Below, piece by piece: positions 49,814-62,190 of a DNA stretch of 64,000 nucleotides. Every line of letters starts with the position of its first letter. The stretch's first letter is position 1. The stretch covers positions 992,001 through 1,056,000 of the forward strand of contig MU008177.1 in NCBI GenBank assembly GCA_010909165.1. The letters are read 5' to 3'. The notes under the pieces were generated by a model that saw only the letters and a program-made list of their open reading frames with translations, searched no databases and was not told the origin of the DNA. Source of the stretch: Anthoceros angustus (lineage: Eukaryota > Plantae > Anthocerotophyta). The translations under genes were made by a program, and so were the position numbers.

Positions 49814-52610
49814 TCAAGGTCGACCCTTACAACTGCAAAACCCATTTGCGAATCGATGCACACGATACCCATCCCTTACTACAATGTCTCTCTGTTCAAG
49901 CCTTGACATGATCTCCGTGGAACTGTGGCAGTCACTGCACATGCGTAGATTCTTCGTTACCACCAGAGGTGTCCCACCCGGAGTGTTCATGAGACCAAAT
50001 GCCAGAGCCAGCTTCTCAGCATGCCCACAAAGCACATCTTCCTTTTCCTTCTCACAAAGTGGCTTCAACACCAACTTTGTGTGAGGTACGTGGCCTCCTT
50101 CCTGCTTCAGACGTGCATTTGTCCTCTCTACCTTAAAAGCAAGATCGTCTCTCCTTTCCCCCACCAGAAATCTATGTACTTGCTTTTTCACCTCGATGGT
50201 CGCCACTGCAGGTTTCTTGTTAGCCCCTGCTACCATTCGCTGTGTTTCAATCCTGTCTACATCGCTCCACCTACCTGCATCTGCGTAAGCGTTGGCCATA
50301 AGCACATAAGCAGACGCCCTTTGAGGGTCCAGCCTAACAATGCTTTCAAAACACCACATTGCCCTCTTTATATCCCCGTGACTTTTCGAGGCATTCAACA
50401 AAGACGTCAACCCCACAACATTACTTTGGCCCTCACATGATAATAGAATATTTTCTGCCTCATCTAAATGTCCTGCACGACCAAGAAGATCAATCATGCA
50501 ATTTTGATGCTCAATGGTAGGTTTGATGCCATGCTGTTCAGCCATGGAATCATAGAGCTTGCGACCCTCCTGCACCAGTCCCTCATGACTGCATGCTACT
50601 AAAAGGCAAGTAAAAGTTGCATCATCAGGCTGAATGCCGGCAGCTAACATCTCCTCAAAACAAGCTAGTGCCTTGTGAGATTCATCACAAGACCCACACG
50701 CGGATATCAGGGCATTCCATGTCACCACATCCTTTGTGACCAAGCTGTCAAAAACCTGGTGTGCATCCCTCAGTTCACCACATTTTGCATACATGTCCAC
50801 CAGGCAGTTGCCCACCAATATGTTATCTAGCCGTCCACGTTCTACAATCTGTGAATGCAGATGCCTGCCCATCTGTAACGCGCCAGCGATAGCACAAGCC
50901 TTGAGAAGGCAAGAAAAAGTCACATCGTTAGCCACAATCAGGCCCTCCTGCTCCATTTGTGCGTATACAATAAGTGCCTCATGCCCGAGTCCTTGCTGGG
51001 CATACCCAGCAATCAGCGCCGTCCATGACACCACATTTTTGGTGGCCAAGCTTTCAAAAACACCACGTGCATCTTCCAGTTCGCCACATTTTGCATACAT
51101 GTCCACCAGGCAGGTGCCCACCAGTATGTCACCAAGCAGTCCTCTTTCCACAATGTGTGAGTGGAGCTGCCTGCCCCTCTGTAAGGCACCAGTGCTTGCA
51201 CACGCCTTCAGAAGGCAAGCAAAAGTAACGCTGTCAGCCAAAATCAGGCCCTCTTGCTCCATTTGTCCATACAGAAGAAGCGCCTCTTGGCCCAGCCCTT
51301 GCCGTGCATACCACCAATAAGGGCAGTCCATGTCACAACATCCTTTCTGGTCAAGCTGTCAAAGGCCCAGCGTGCATCCTGCAGTTCGCCACATTTTGCA
51401 TACATGTCCACTAGGCAGTTTCCAACAAACACGTTGGAAGGAATGCCACTGCGCAACACATCACAGTGCACTTTTCTGCCAGATTCCAGGTCAGCGGCAA
51501 ATGCACAAGCTTGAAGGGCTGCAACAAAGACGTGAGCATCCGCCTTCACTCCTGACCTACGCATCTCATGGTACAGTTGTACGGCCTCACTAGGTTTCCC
51601 ATGCTTAGCATGTGCAGAGATTATGGAAAACCACATGAAGGCATTTGGTTTGGCCACCCTGGTGAACACATCCATGGCCTCCTGCAGACTACCTCCACAT
51701 GCGTACATGCGCAAGATATGGTTCCCCAAGTATGCATCCGACTCGTACCCAAGTTTGACAGTCAGATCATGAACTCGTCGCCCCACAACCACATCCTTCT
51801 TAGCTGCACACAATTTTAGCACTGTGTATAACAGAGAGTGAGAAATAGCAGAATCTGTATGCGCCAGAGACTCCAGGGCACCAACGGCCTCAGAAAGCTT
51901 CCCCTGCTGACATAACATGCTCACGGTCCCAGGCGTTACGAAGCCCATCTCCGATCCTGCACGCCTCCTAGGTTCAGGTTCAGGCTTATCCTTATCCGTA
52001 AACCTCAGATTGGAAGGAGGGGCACCATGACCCATGTGCATGTCCAAGGAAACCAGCTCGTCATCGACCCAAGCTGGCTTCAACAAGCTGTTTAACCACA
52101 GGACCTCGCCGGACCCCTTACGGCGGAAGTCAGGCGAACGGGAGCTCTTCTTATCTCGTCTGTTGTCCCACCACATGCTAGGGTCCAGAAAGTATTGTTG
52201 CCACAAATGCTCCTGCTCCTGCTCCTGGCCACGACCATCGCTGGAGAATCCGACCCCACCCACACATTTTCTCGGAAGTGCAAGTGCTGGGCTCTTTACA
52301 CTGCTGCACCTGGAGGCTTGGTTGTTTGCCGAGGGTTGACTCCTAAGGAGGTGAGCGGGAGCTCCCGTAGAATCCTGAACACACACCAATTGCAATTTGT
52401 TGGGTCCACAACGGGTCCAGTTGCCATACGGTGGCCATCGTTCAGGGACCGCTGTCGGGAGAGGAGTCTAACGACCGAGCATGGCAGGATGCCCAGGCCC
52501 GGGTATTGCGCATGACCACACCATGCGGGCAGGCTCCGACGAGCCCGAGCCCCAAACCGAGCTCGGAGGGCCTGAATGCAAACAAGTGAAGACGGTAGCC
52601 TACCAACCAA
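49814..52610 (-). CDS. PLS-class PPR gene F, the most intact copy: putative transit peptide + PDF motif + PLS array + P2-L2-S2-E1-E2-DYW:KP (GRP)
   Basis: ORFs 51244-52395 and 49814-51331 join with a single frameshift near 51310; ends CSCKGRP*; upstream R/S/L-rich segment; start codon uncertain. Confidence 0.92.
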
Positions 52611-53597
52611 AACAATTGGGGGCAGCAGTTAACAGCAACGAGGATCCAAACACGTTGACAGCGTGTTGTGACACAACCGCCTTTGGTAATGTTAGGGCAG
52701 GAGTTTCTTTTGCGTTTCTTGAAGTATGAACCACACATGACCGCATGAGCAGCCTCCACTATATGCGGCACACCTTGACTGCTAGATTGGCAGCACAGGG
52801 TGGAATACTTGAGCTATAGGCTTGTGGGCTGAGTAGGTTTCAATTGTTCAGGTGGTTCGGTGGTGCATTATCAGCTTTCTATCAGCTGTGAACAGCCACC
52901 CACAGTTTCTTTGTTATATCAAGTATCAGCACATGACAAGCTAAGTTGAGCTGTGTCGGTGAATAGGTAGCTATAAATTTGGTGATAGCAAAAGTGGACA
53001 TCTAGCTACTAACCATGCTGTGGCGGATAGGATATTGCAGTAGTTGATTTACCATATGTTTTAGATAGCACAGAGGCCAGTGGGCCTATTTTAGGCTGCT
53101 GGTTAAATAGATCGGGTTACAGATGGGTAATGCAAGTACTTAGGGCCACCCATCATGCGGTTTCAGGTGAGAGCGTGAAGCAGTAAACAGCAAGGCAACT
53201 GCCCAACGTGCAAGCGCTGTGCTGAAACTGATCAAGTGAGACTGGAGGTGATCCGCGTGAAGATGGCTTGGCTGAAGCACTCGGGAGAATCATGCTATAC
53301 GAGCAGGCACCGATGGCATGGCAAAAGAGAGTGGAGCGCGGGCAGTAAAGAGAGAGACGAAGCAGATGAGTGTTTGCTGCAATCCCTGGAAAGTTCAATT
53401 GCTAGAAGTTGTAGGCTGGCGGAGTTGCTGCTCAACGGCGTAACCTTGTGGACTTCTGATGGGAAGGACCCTAATTGTCTGATTATGCTGTAACTTTGAT
53501 GATTTAGGACTTGAGAAGGGTGTTTTACTTCTGATATGTGAGCAGTATGACCGGATGTTGATTTGCAAGGGGATGCATTGCGCCTTCATTCATTACA

Positions 53598-54220
53598 CTC
53601 CCTCTCGAGCGTAACGAGCTCCACGCCCAAGTCCTCGTCGATACACGAGGTCCAGCTGCTTGCGTCGCCAACAACCGCCATCGAGTGCATCCAGCCTTTA
53701 ACTATGGAGTCCCGGCTGCTACGCGTCACTATCGCCACTTTCGAGCTGATACTGTTTGCGTTTATTCAGCTCTCTGCCGGCATAGTAGCTATGAAGACCA
53801 GAAGCGGTAGACTCTATGAGCACGGGACCCTTGGTTATAGCGAACACGTGAAGGCATACAAACTTTATGATAAGCAGAAACATGTTGTGATATTGGCCCG
53901 CAGTGTTACCTTCTTAGAACCCTTTGCCCCTGTGCCCTGTTATCTAATTTCCTCCTCTTTTCGAAATGTATGTATGCGAAAGCACGAGACCCAAAGACTC
54001 GGAGGTGGAGGATACTAGGTTTGCATTGCCAAAAGACCTCATAGGGGGTCTTTCCTGGCACAAAACTGGTGAACACTCTGTTGATGATGTAGGTTGCTGC
54101 AACAACAGCTTCTGCCCAGTAGCCTTGTGGTAAGCCAGCCCACAGCATCATGCTGAGAGTCATGCCAAGCAGCGTTTGGTTCTTTCGCTCGGCAACTCTA
54201 TTGTGCTGGGGAGTGTCAAA
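53598..54220 (-). mobile_element. Copia remnant: integrase C-terminal part and PPT (LTR begins at 53597 and runs leftwards)
   Basis: TPQHNRVAERKNQTL...WAEAVVAATYIINR...HLRVFGS...RRKLDNRA; minus-strand GAGAGGGAG|TGTAA. Confidence 0.8.
53704..53826 (+). CDS. Truncated Copia antisense ORF (hydrophobic segment + MKTRSG)
   Basis: MESRLLRVTIATFELILFAFIQLSAGIVAMKTRSGRLYE aligns with the 11786-12145 ORF. Confidence 0.45.
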
Positions 54221-54229
54221 GCATGTCTG

Positions 54230-57200
54230 AGGAGTAGGGCGCCGGCCGGCCGGCGCCCTGTTCCTGGCATTCCTTTGATCCATTGGGAAAGGCGAATAGT
54301 AGCAGGCCCATAGCCGGATGTGTGTACACAAAGACTCTGGGTGTGGGGTGAGTGGGTGGCTTCACACCCGGTGCCAAATATAATCACATCGTCGCACTCC
54401 AAAGACTGCATCGATAAACGCGGGACAACGTGGCGATCGTTCTCGCCGACATATCGCACACACAAACATGCCGAGGGTCAACATGTGTTGCTCGCCAATA
54501 GGCCGCAATAAGAGCGGCAACTACTTCCCCCATGTCCTTCCGCTTGTAAAAGAAAATGGCTTGCACATCGAAAGTTATAAAGCATATGAAGTCTACACAA
54601 GGATACAAAGAACAGGCACAACCAAAATCCTATCATGGGCTTACACTCTTTTTAAGACATATGTGCGCTCCCAAATGTGCACTCCAAACTCTGTGGATTT
54701 GAGGTACACGATAGCCTCCCCAATTGCCCCTCGGAAGATGACCTAACATTCGGAGGGTTTTCTACTCTCGCCGGACTCCACGCCCATCATCTTCGCCGGG
54801 CCCGGCGATCATGACCATCATCTTCACCGCCCTCTGGCACTTTGACTCTGGTTGAATGAAGCCTCAATTCAATTAACTTCTCTTTGATTGCCTTCTTATC
54901 TACAACGCATAAGTGTTTCCGCGTAGTCAAGTGAACCCATAATAGAGGATGACCGCTTGGTGAACAAAACCTTTTGGATATTTTTTCGATGGATAGTCTG
55001 CCCCTTTTCCCGTGTTATCACGGCTTTGTGGTGGTATCCTCTAATTAAATATTCTTCTGCATCTTCCTTCGCGACGATCGGTGTTGGCTCGCATAAAATG
55101 AACAAGGAAGTGAGGTCAGGCGCATGTAATTGAAGGCTTCCCAATCCAAAAGGGTCTATTATGCGTGTCCGTGTCCGCTGAACGCAACAAACATCCTGCC
55201 TTTTATTTCCGGATATCACCATTCCACCGTGCCATTTCTTGTTGTTGCCTTCCTGTGTTTTGGTATGCTCCCAAATACATATCTCGCTAGGGAGGTCCCT
55301 TAGCAATGCCTCCTCCAAGATCGCCACATCTAGAACATGGAGAGGTTGCTCCATCCACTTCCGATCTTGAGTACCACTTCCAAGGACTTTGTAGCACAAG
55401 GCCAATGTTGTTTTGCACAACAAAGAATCTCCTCTTGGTCCAACCGTAAAGCTTCCCACCATAATAACTTATGTGATGTCACATAAGGCCTAAGTTCCGA
55501 AAGACCATCCTTTAGGGTTATAGTGCTCAAGGCACAAATTTCGTAAACCCAAACCCCTTCCGCTTCCATTGTGGGCGAGGTCGAATCGCTTGCTCTCGAT
55601 AACTGGCTACAAACCCGCTTCGCTTCCTCCTCATGTGTTATTTTAAACCGTGCCGGAACGATAAGTTGTTCAATCTCTTCCGTCCCATAAGTGAGTCCTC
55701 TCCGGCCTTGTCTAATAGGCCACATATGACCTAAGTCGACCAATACCTTTACCTCGTGAAGGAGTGTACGCATGCATCAAGATCTCGACAATGCGGTGGT
55801 GTGAGCTTCTTTATGTTTCACGCTTTTGGAGAAGCAAGAAAACATCCGTCGATTTGATCATGCATGACCAACCAAAAGAAATCCCACTTTCCCTTTTTGT
55901 ACCCATATCAACAAGCATGTTCGAGGAGTAGGGCGCCGCCGGCCGCGCCTGCTCGGCATTCCTTTGATCCATTGGGAAAGGCGAATAGTAGCAGGCCCAT
56001 AGCCGGATGTGTGTACACAAAGACTCTGGGTGTGGGGTGAGTGGGTGGCTTCCGCACACCCTGAATTGTGCCCAGAAATATAATCACATCGTTCAGACCC
56101 AAAGACTGCAGTCGATAAACGGGACAACGTGGGCGGCGACTGGTTCTCGCCGACATATCGCACACACAAACATGCCCGGAGGGCTGAACATGTGTTGCCT
56201 GCCAATAGGCCGCAATGCCGAGCGGGCAACTACGGCCACACTTCCCCCATGTCCTTCCGCTTGTAAAAGAAAATGGCTTGCACATCGAAAGTTATAAAGC
56301 ATATGAAGTCTACACAAGGATACAAAGAACAGGCACAACCAAAATCCTATCATGGGCTTACACTCTTTTAAGACATATGTGCTGCGCCCCGAAATGTGCA
56401 CTCAAACTAATTTGAGGTACACGATAGCCTCCCCAATCCCTGAAGATGACCTAACATCTGTGAGGGTTTTCTACTCGCCGACTCCACGCCCATCATCTTC
56501 CCGGGTCCGTGATCATGACCATCATCTTCACCGCTCTGGCACTTTGACTCCGGTTGAATGAAGCCTCAATTCAATTAACTTCTCTTTGATTGCCTTCTTA
56601 TCTACAACGCAAGTGTTTCCGCGTAGTCAAGTGAACCCATAATAGAGGATGACCGCTTGGTGAACAAAACCTTTTGGATATTTTTTCGATGGATAGTCGC
56701 CCCTTTTCCCGTGTTACTCGCCTTTGTGGCATCCCTCTTATTCTTCACGCATTCCTTCAGACGATCTGTGTTCGCCTCACTAAATGAACAAGGAAGTGAG
56801 GTGTGGCATGTAATGAAGTGAGCTTCCCAATCCAAAAGGGTCTATTATGTCTGTGTCCGGAACTGCAACAAACATCCTGCCTTTTATTTCCGCGATATCA
56901 CCATTCCACTGCCATTTCTTGTTGTTGCCTCCTGTGTTTTGGTATGCTCCCAAATACATATCTCGCTAGGGAGGTCCCTTAGCAATGCCTCCAAGATCGC
57001 CACATCTAGAACATGGAGAGGTTACCGTTCCATCCACTTCCGATCTTGAGTACCACTTCCAAGGACTTTGTAGCACAAGGCCAATGTTGTTTTGACAATA
57101 AGAATCTCCTCTTGGTCCAACCGTAAAGCTTCCCACCATAATAACTTATGTGATGTCACATAAGGCCTAAGTTCAAGACCATCCTTTAGGGTTATAGTGC

Positions 57201-57660
57201 AAGGCACAAATTTCGTAAACTCCAAACCCCTTCCGCTTCCATTGTGGCGAGGTCGAATCGCTGCTCGATAACTCTACAAACCCGCTCCGCCTCCTCATGT
57301 GTTATTTTAAATCGGTCCGGAACGATAAGTTGTTCAATCTCTTCCGTCCCATAAGTGAGTCCTCTGCCTTGTCTAATAGGCCACACATATGACCTAAGTC
57401 CGCGACTACCAATACCTTTACCTGGTGAAGGAGTGTACGCATGCATCAAGATCTCGACAATGCGCGGTGGTGTGAGCTTCTTTATGTTTCACGCTTTTGG
57501 AGAAGCAAGAAAACATCCGTCGATTTGATCATGCGATGACCAACCAAAAGAAATCCCACTTTCACTTTTTCAAAAGTACCCATATCAACAAGCATGTTCA
57601 GATATGCAAAAGCGGTTCTTGTCTCCATGCATGTGTTGTCTGCAAATACAAAACTCTTGG
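54230..57660 (-). mobile_element. Two tandem degenerate copies of a DUF7869-like DDE transposase region
   Basis: PRVLYLQ.DN...FAYLNMLVDMGTFEKVKVGFLLVGH..DQID..FS; 54230-55920 is repeated at 55920-57660. Confidence 0.6.
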
Positions 57661-59510
57661 CGACAACATGTTCCCTTGGTTGCAAATCCTCATTTTCACG
57701 CCCGCACTAAACACATGGAGATTCAACACCACTATGTTAGAGATGTGGTGGAGCATGGAGTTGTGCAAGTAGGCTATGTGCACACGATGAGAATGTTGCA
57801 TGTGTTGACCAAGGGCTTGGCAAAGCATAGACACTACAAGCACCTATCAAGCTTAGGCCTAGATGACTACACACAAAGTATTTTGATGGTAAGTAACTTA
57901 TCCGTGGTGGTTGGGTGGGGCGGGAACCCAAAGGTTTCCGAGGAAGTCATCATGGTTGTACTCACCACCGAGGGTATAGTGGAGCACATGCCAACCGCAC
58001 TAGGTCGATAATCGGGCCGCGTCGGCTACAAAGGAGATAAACTGCATCGGGGAGGATGAAGCTCACCATAGGATCTAATCTCCTGCAGCCTTGATCCATC
58101 TTACATCGTAGGGCTTAGTGTCTTGGCTCTCTTCCGACAAGGCGTCGCGGCTAGGAGAGATGCTCCATTCAAGAATTCATCATGGCCACTTTTAACTTGG
58201 CGCTAGGATGGGAGATGCGTTCTTGGAGTAGCTGACTACTGGAGTCTCTTGCTCTTGACTACTCACCTCGCAATTCGGCAAGGAATATGGTTAGCGATGG
58301 TGAAGCTACTCACACTTGCCACCAACTGCCCAGCAGAGGCACGGTGTGCTCCTGGCAACGACCATCGCTGGAAACCCGTCCCCACCCACACATTTTCTCG
58401 GAAGTGCAAGTGCTGGGCTCTTTACACTGCTGCACCTGGAGGCTTGGTTGTTTGCCGAGGGTTGAGTCCGTGAAGCGAGGTGAGCGGGTGCTTCTCGTAC
58501 AATTCCAATTCCGATTCCAATTCCTGAACACACACCAATTGCAATTTGTTGGGTCCACAACGGGTCCAGTTGCCATACGGTGGCCATCGTTCAGGGACCG
58601 CTGTCGGGAGAGGAGTCTAACGACCGAGCATGGCAGGATGCCCAGGCCGGGTATTGCGCATGACCACACACACCATGCGGGCAGGCTCCGACGAGCCCGA
58701 GCCCCAAACCGAGCTCGGAGGGCCTGAATGCAAACAAGTGAAGACGGTAGCCTACCAACCAAAACAATTGGGGGCAGCAGTTAACAGCAACGAGGATCCA
58801 AACACGTTGACAGCGTGTTGTGACACAACCGCCTTTGGTTTGAGGCTTCCTTCCCTTCCCTTTGATACACCTCGAGCACTCATAGCTAGCGCCTCCTAGT
58901 CTTCATGGCTTTATCCCCGTGCATGATGGTCGAGAATGTAAACGCAGCAAGGGCTTAGGGCAAGAATGGCGAAAAACACACGCGAGAGTGCGAGTGTTTA
59001 TGGTGGGGACTTTACGAGGACAAAGGTGGCCGGGAGCCGCGGCCGAGCTCTTCTCGTTCTTGAACCAGTGGGGTGAGCGGCCTGACCGACGGGCCCCTGA
59101 AGCCGCAAGTGTGCCCTTCACCGCCTCCCCTGCTTCAAGGATGAGCTGTGGGAGCCAGCTCTTCAAGGCATCCAGGACGATAAGCACATGGGACGAACGG
59201 TTCACGATAGTTTGAACACACTTAGCCTAATAGCTTTCCTTTAGAGGAGTGTTAAATATGAAAGGGCAGCTAGTTAGGGTCACTTATATGAATTGTCATT
59301 AAGGTTATGTATATAACAGAGACATAAACAATTTTGTTTAATTGCTTTCAATTATTGCAAGTTGCTTTTTGTGTTTTTCTCTCGCTCCCTTTTGGACAAG
59401 AGTTTCACAAGCTTGAACACCTTTTTATGCATCAAGTGTGTGATCATTGGCCCAAGGAAAGTTTTCGATCCCACAACAAGAGGGAGAAACCCAAGATATT
59501 CGTAGCTTCG
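57660..59510 (+). mobile_element. Copia 3' part: RNase H end, long 3' region, PPT and LTR (from 59250)
   Basis: ANPHFHARTKHMEIQHHYVRD...LTKGL; AGAGGAG|TGTTAAA. Confidence 0.8.
58350..58840 (-). pseudogene. Copy of the 5' end of PPR gene F embedded in the Copia 3' region
   Basis: Near-identical to about 52220-52690. Confidence 0.75.
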
Positions 59511-60289
59511 TGGCATGGCTTAGCCACCAGATAGGGAAAAGGTATGGCGGTTTGCCATAGGTTATCCTAGGCCTTTTACTAGCTCTTGTTTAAGAACAGG
59601 GTGTTGGAGTGGGATGAGCGCACCGTAATGTTGGTACTTTCTCAATGACAATGTGGGCAAAGTACAAGTTGATGAATACTTTGTGTGAAACTATGTGAGG
59701 CATGATATTAAAACTTGTGTTGTTCTCGCCCCCCAATCCAATTAGCTAACCAAGCCAACTTGTCAATCACCTCAATCCAAAGCTTCCGCCATAGGTAAGA
59801 TTCCAATCCACCAATGCAAAGAAGTTCAAGAATGGAATGTCATGAATATGACAACAATGAGTAATCTATAACTCTATCACTTGAATCAACCATGAGCTTA
59901 TCTCGGATTGCGGTCGCCTTAAGGCTGCAAGAGCTCCGCGCTCTTCTTGCAATGTTCCGCCTAAACCGGAGTCGTATTCCAACCCTCATGCGGAATTATC
60001 CTTGACAAAATTCCTCTCAACAAAGGGATGGTTGTTGTACAAAATAACTTGTTGAAATGTGAGCAAGTGCACCAACAAGCTTCAAGAAACTTGCATAAGG
60101 TGGGGATCAGATGGCTATCCTTGTTGATAACATCAACAATCTAAGGAAGACCTTAGATTGCTTTACATTTGTAGCCATGGTGGCACGTTGCTATCAAGCA
60201 GCATTGATTGTGTCATTCTTTGCTCAAGAGTCGCCTCCTCCTCTCGATGAGCTGCCATGCCTTAATTGAGTTTGTTCATTGTTGACATG

Positions 60290-60370
60290 CATACATATGC
60301 ACATACATACCTACATACATGTGCACATACATACATGCACTCTTGTACATACATACGCACATACACACCT
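60290..60370. repeat. Degenerate (ACAT)n microsatellite
   Basis: ATACATATGCACATACATACCTACATACAT... Confidence 0.7.
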
Positions 60371-60779
60371 TCATTATGCAAAGTTATCCCATCCATGGCA
60401 TGCCACATTCAAATACAAGTCTTATGACCTACTTTGAAACATCACTCCTACGTGCCATGACACAATTTGGTCAATCGCCTTTGCCTAGGAGAACTCCTAA
60501 TCGCTTTGAGTGGAGCCAAAGCCTGTTGGAACTGCAGTTTTGGAGATAGGCATCGGGGCAAGGATGGAGAACGAGCTACCTCAAAAGTAAACGGCGATGT
60601 TGACCGTAGGCTGGCACATGTCGCTTGTAAGAGAAATTCAGTGGCGCTGGACGATCGAGAGTCCACTCGGAAATGGCCTTGAGGAAAGATGAGCGCCTCT
60701 TGGCGGGCGAGGTCTTGAGAAGGAAGGAAGAAGAGTGAAGGAGAGCGTGTTACGCTCTCCTTCCCTCCATAGGAAGTAT

Positions 60780-62190
60780 ATGCAAGTCTACAAGGATACA
60801 AAGAACAGGCACAACCAAAATCCTATCATGGGCTTACACTAATTTTAAGACATATGTGCTGCGCTCGAAATGTGCACTCAAACTCTGATTTGAGGTACAC
60901 GATAGCCCCCTAATTGCCCCCGGAAGATGACCTAACATTGGAGGGTTTTCTACCCTCGCCGACTCCACGCCATCATCTTCACTTGGGCCCGGCATCATGA
61001 CCATCATCTTCATCGCCCCGGGCACTTTGACTACCGTTGAATGAAGCCTGCAATTCAATTAACTTCTCTTTGATTGCCTTCTTATCTACAAGTACAAGTG
61101 TTTCACGTAGCCGTGAACCCATAATAGAGGATGACCGTTTGGTGAACAAAACCTTTTGGATATTTTTTCGATGGATAGTCTTAGCTCCCCTTTTCCCCGC
61201 AGTGTTACTCACGGCTTTGTGGTATCCTCTGATTAAATATTCTTCTACGTATCTTCCTTCGTACGCATCTGTGTGTTCAGTTCTGTACCAATGAACAAGG
61301 AAGTGAGGCTGTGGCGGATGTAATCCAACAGCAGTGACCTTCCCAATCCAAAAGGGTCTGTTATGCTTGTCTGTGTCCGCGGGAACTGCAACAAACATCC
61401 TTGTCTTTATTTCCGCGATATCACCATTCCACCGTGCCATTTCCTGTTGTTGCCTTCCTGTGTTTTGGTATGCTCCCAAATACATATCTTGTGGGAGGTC
61501 CTTAGCAATGCCTCCTCCAGACCGCCACATCTAGAACATGGAGAGGTTGTTCCATCCACTTGATCTTGAGTACCACTTCCAAGGACTTTGTAGCACAAGG
61601 CCAATGTTGTTTTACACAACAAGAATCTCCTCTTGGTCCAACCAAAGCTTCCCACCATAATAACTTATGTGATGTCATAAGGCCTAAGATTCAAAGACCA
61701 TCCTTTAGGGTTATAGTGTCAAGGCACAAATTTCAAACTCAAACCCCTTCCGCTTTCCATTGTGGCGGTGAATCGCTTGCTCGATAATCACAAACCCGCT
61801 AGGGCTTCTCCTCATGTTATTTTAAACTGTGCCGAACGATAAGTTGTTCAATCTCTTCCGTCCCATAAGTGAGTCCTCTCGGCCTTGTCTAATAGGCCAC
61901 ATATGACCAAGTCCGCGATTTCACCAATACCTTTACCTACGTGAAGGAGTGTCACGCAGCATCAAGATCTCCGACAATGCGCAGGTGTGAGCTTCTTTAT
62001 GTTTCACGCTTTTGAGAAGCAAGAAAACATCCAGTCGATTTGATCATGCGTATGACCAACCAAAAGAAATCCCACTTTCCTTTTTTCAAAAGTACCCATA
62101 TCAACAAGCATGTTCGGATATGCAAAAGCGTTTGGTTCTTGTCTCCATGTGTGTTGTCTATGCAAATACAAAACTCTTGGCAGACAACAT
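60780..62190 (-). mobile_element. Third copy of the DUF7869-like transposase region
   Basis: Similar to 56310-57660; ORF 60979-61530 contains RPFWIGKV...FLVHWY. Confidence 0.6.

Noticed and set aside
59520-60780. Possible additional degenerate transposon or gene sequence
   Set aside because: No interpretable motif in any frame.
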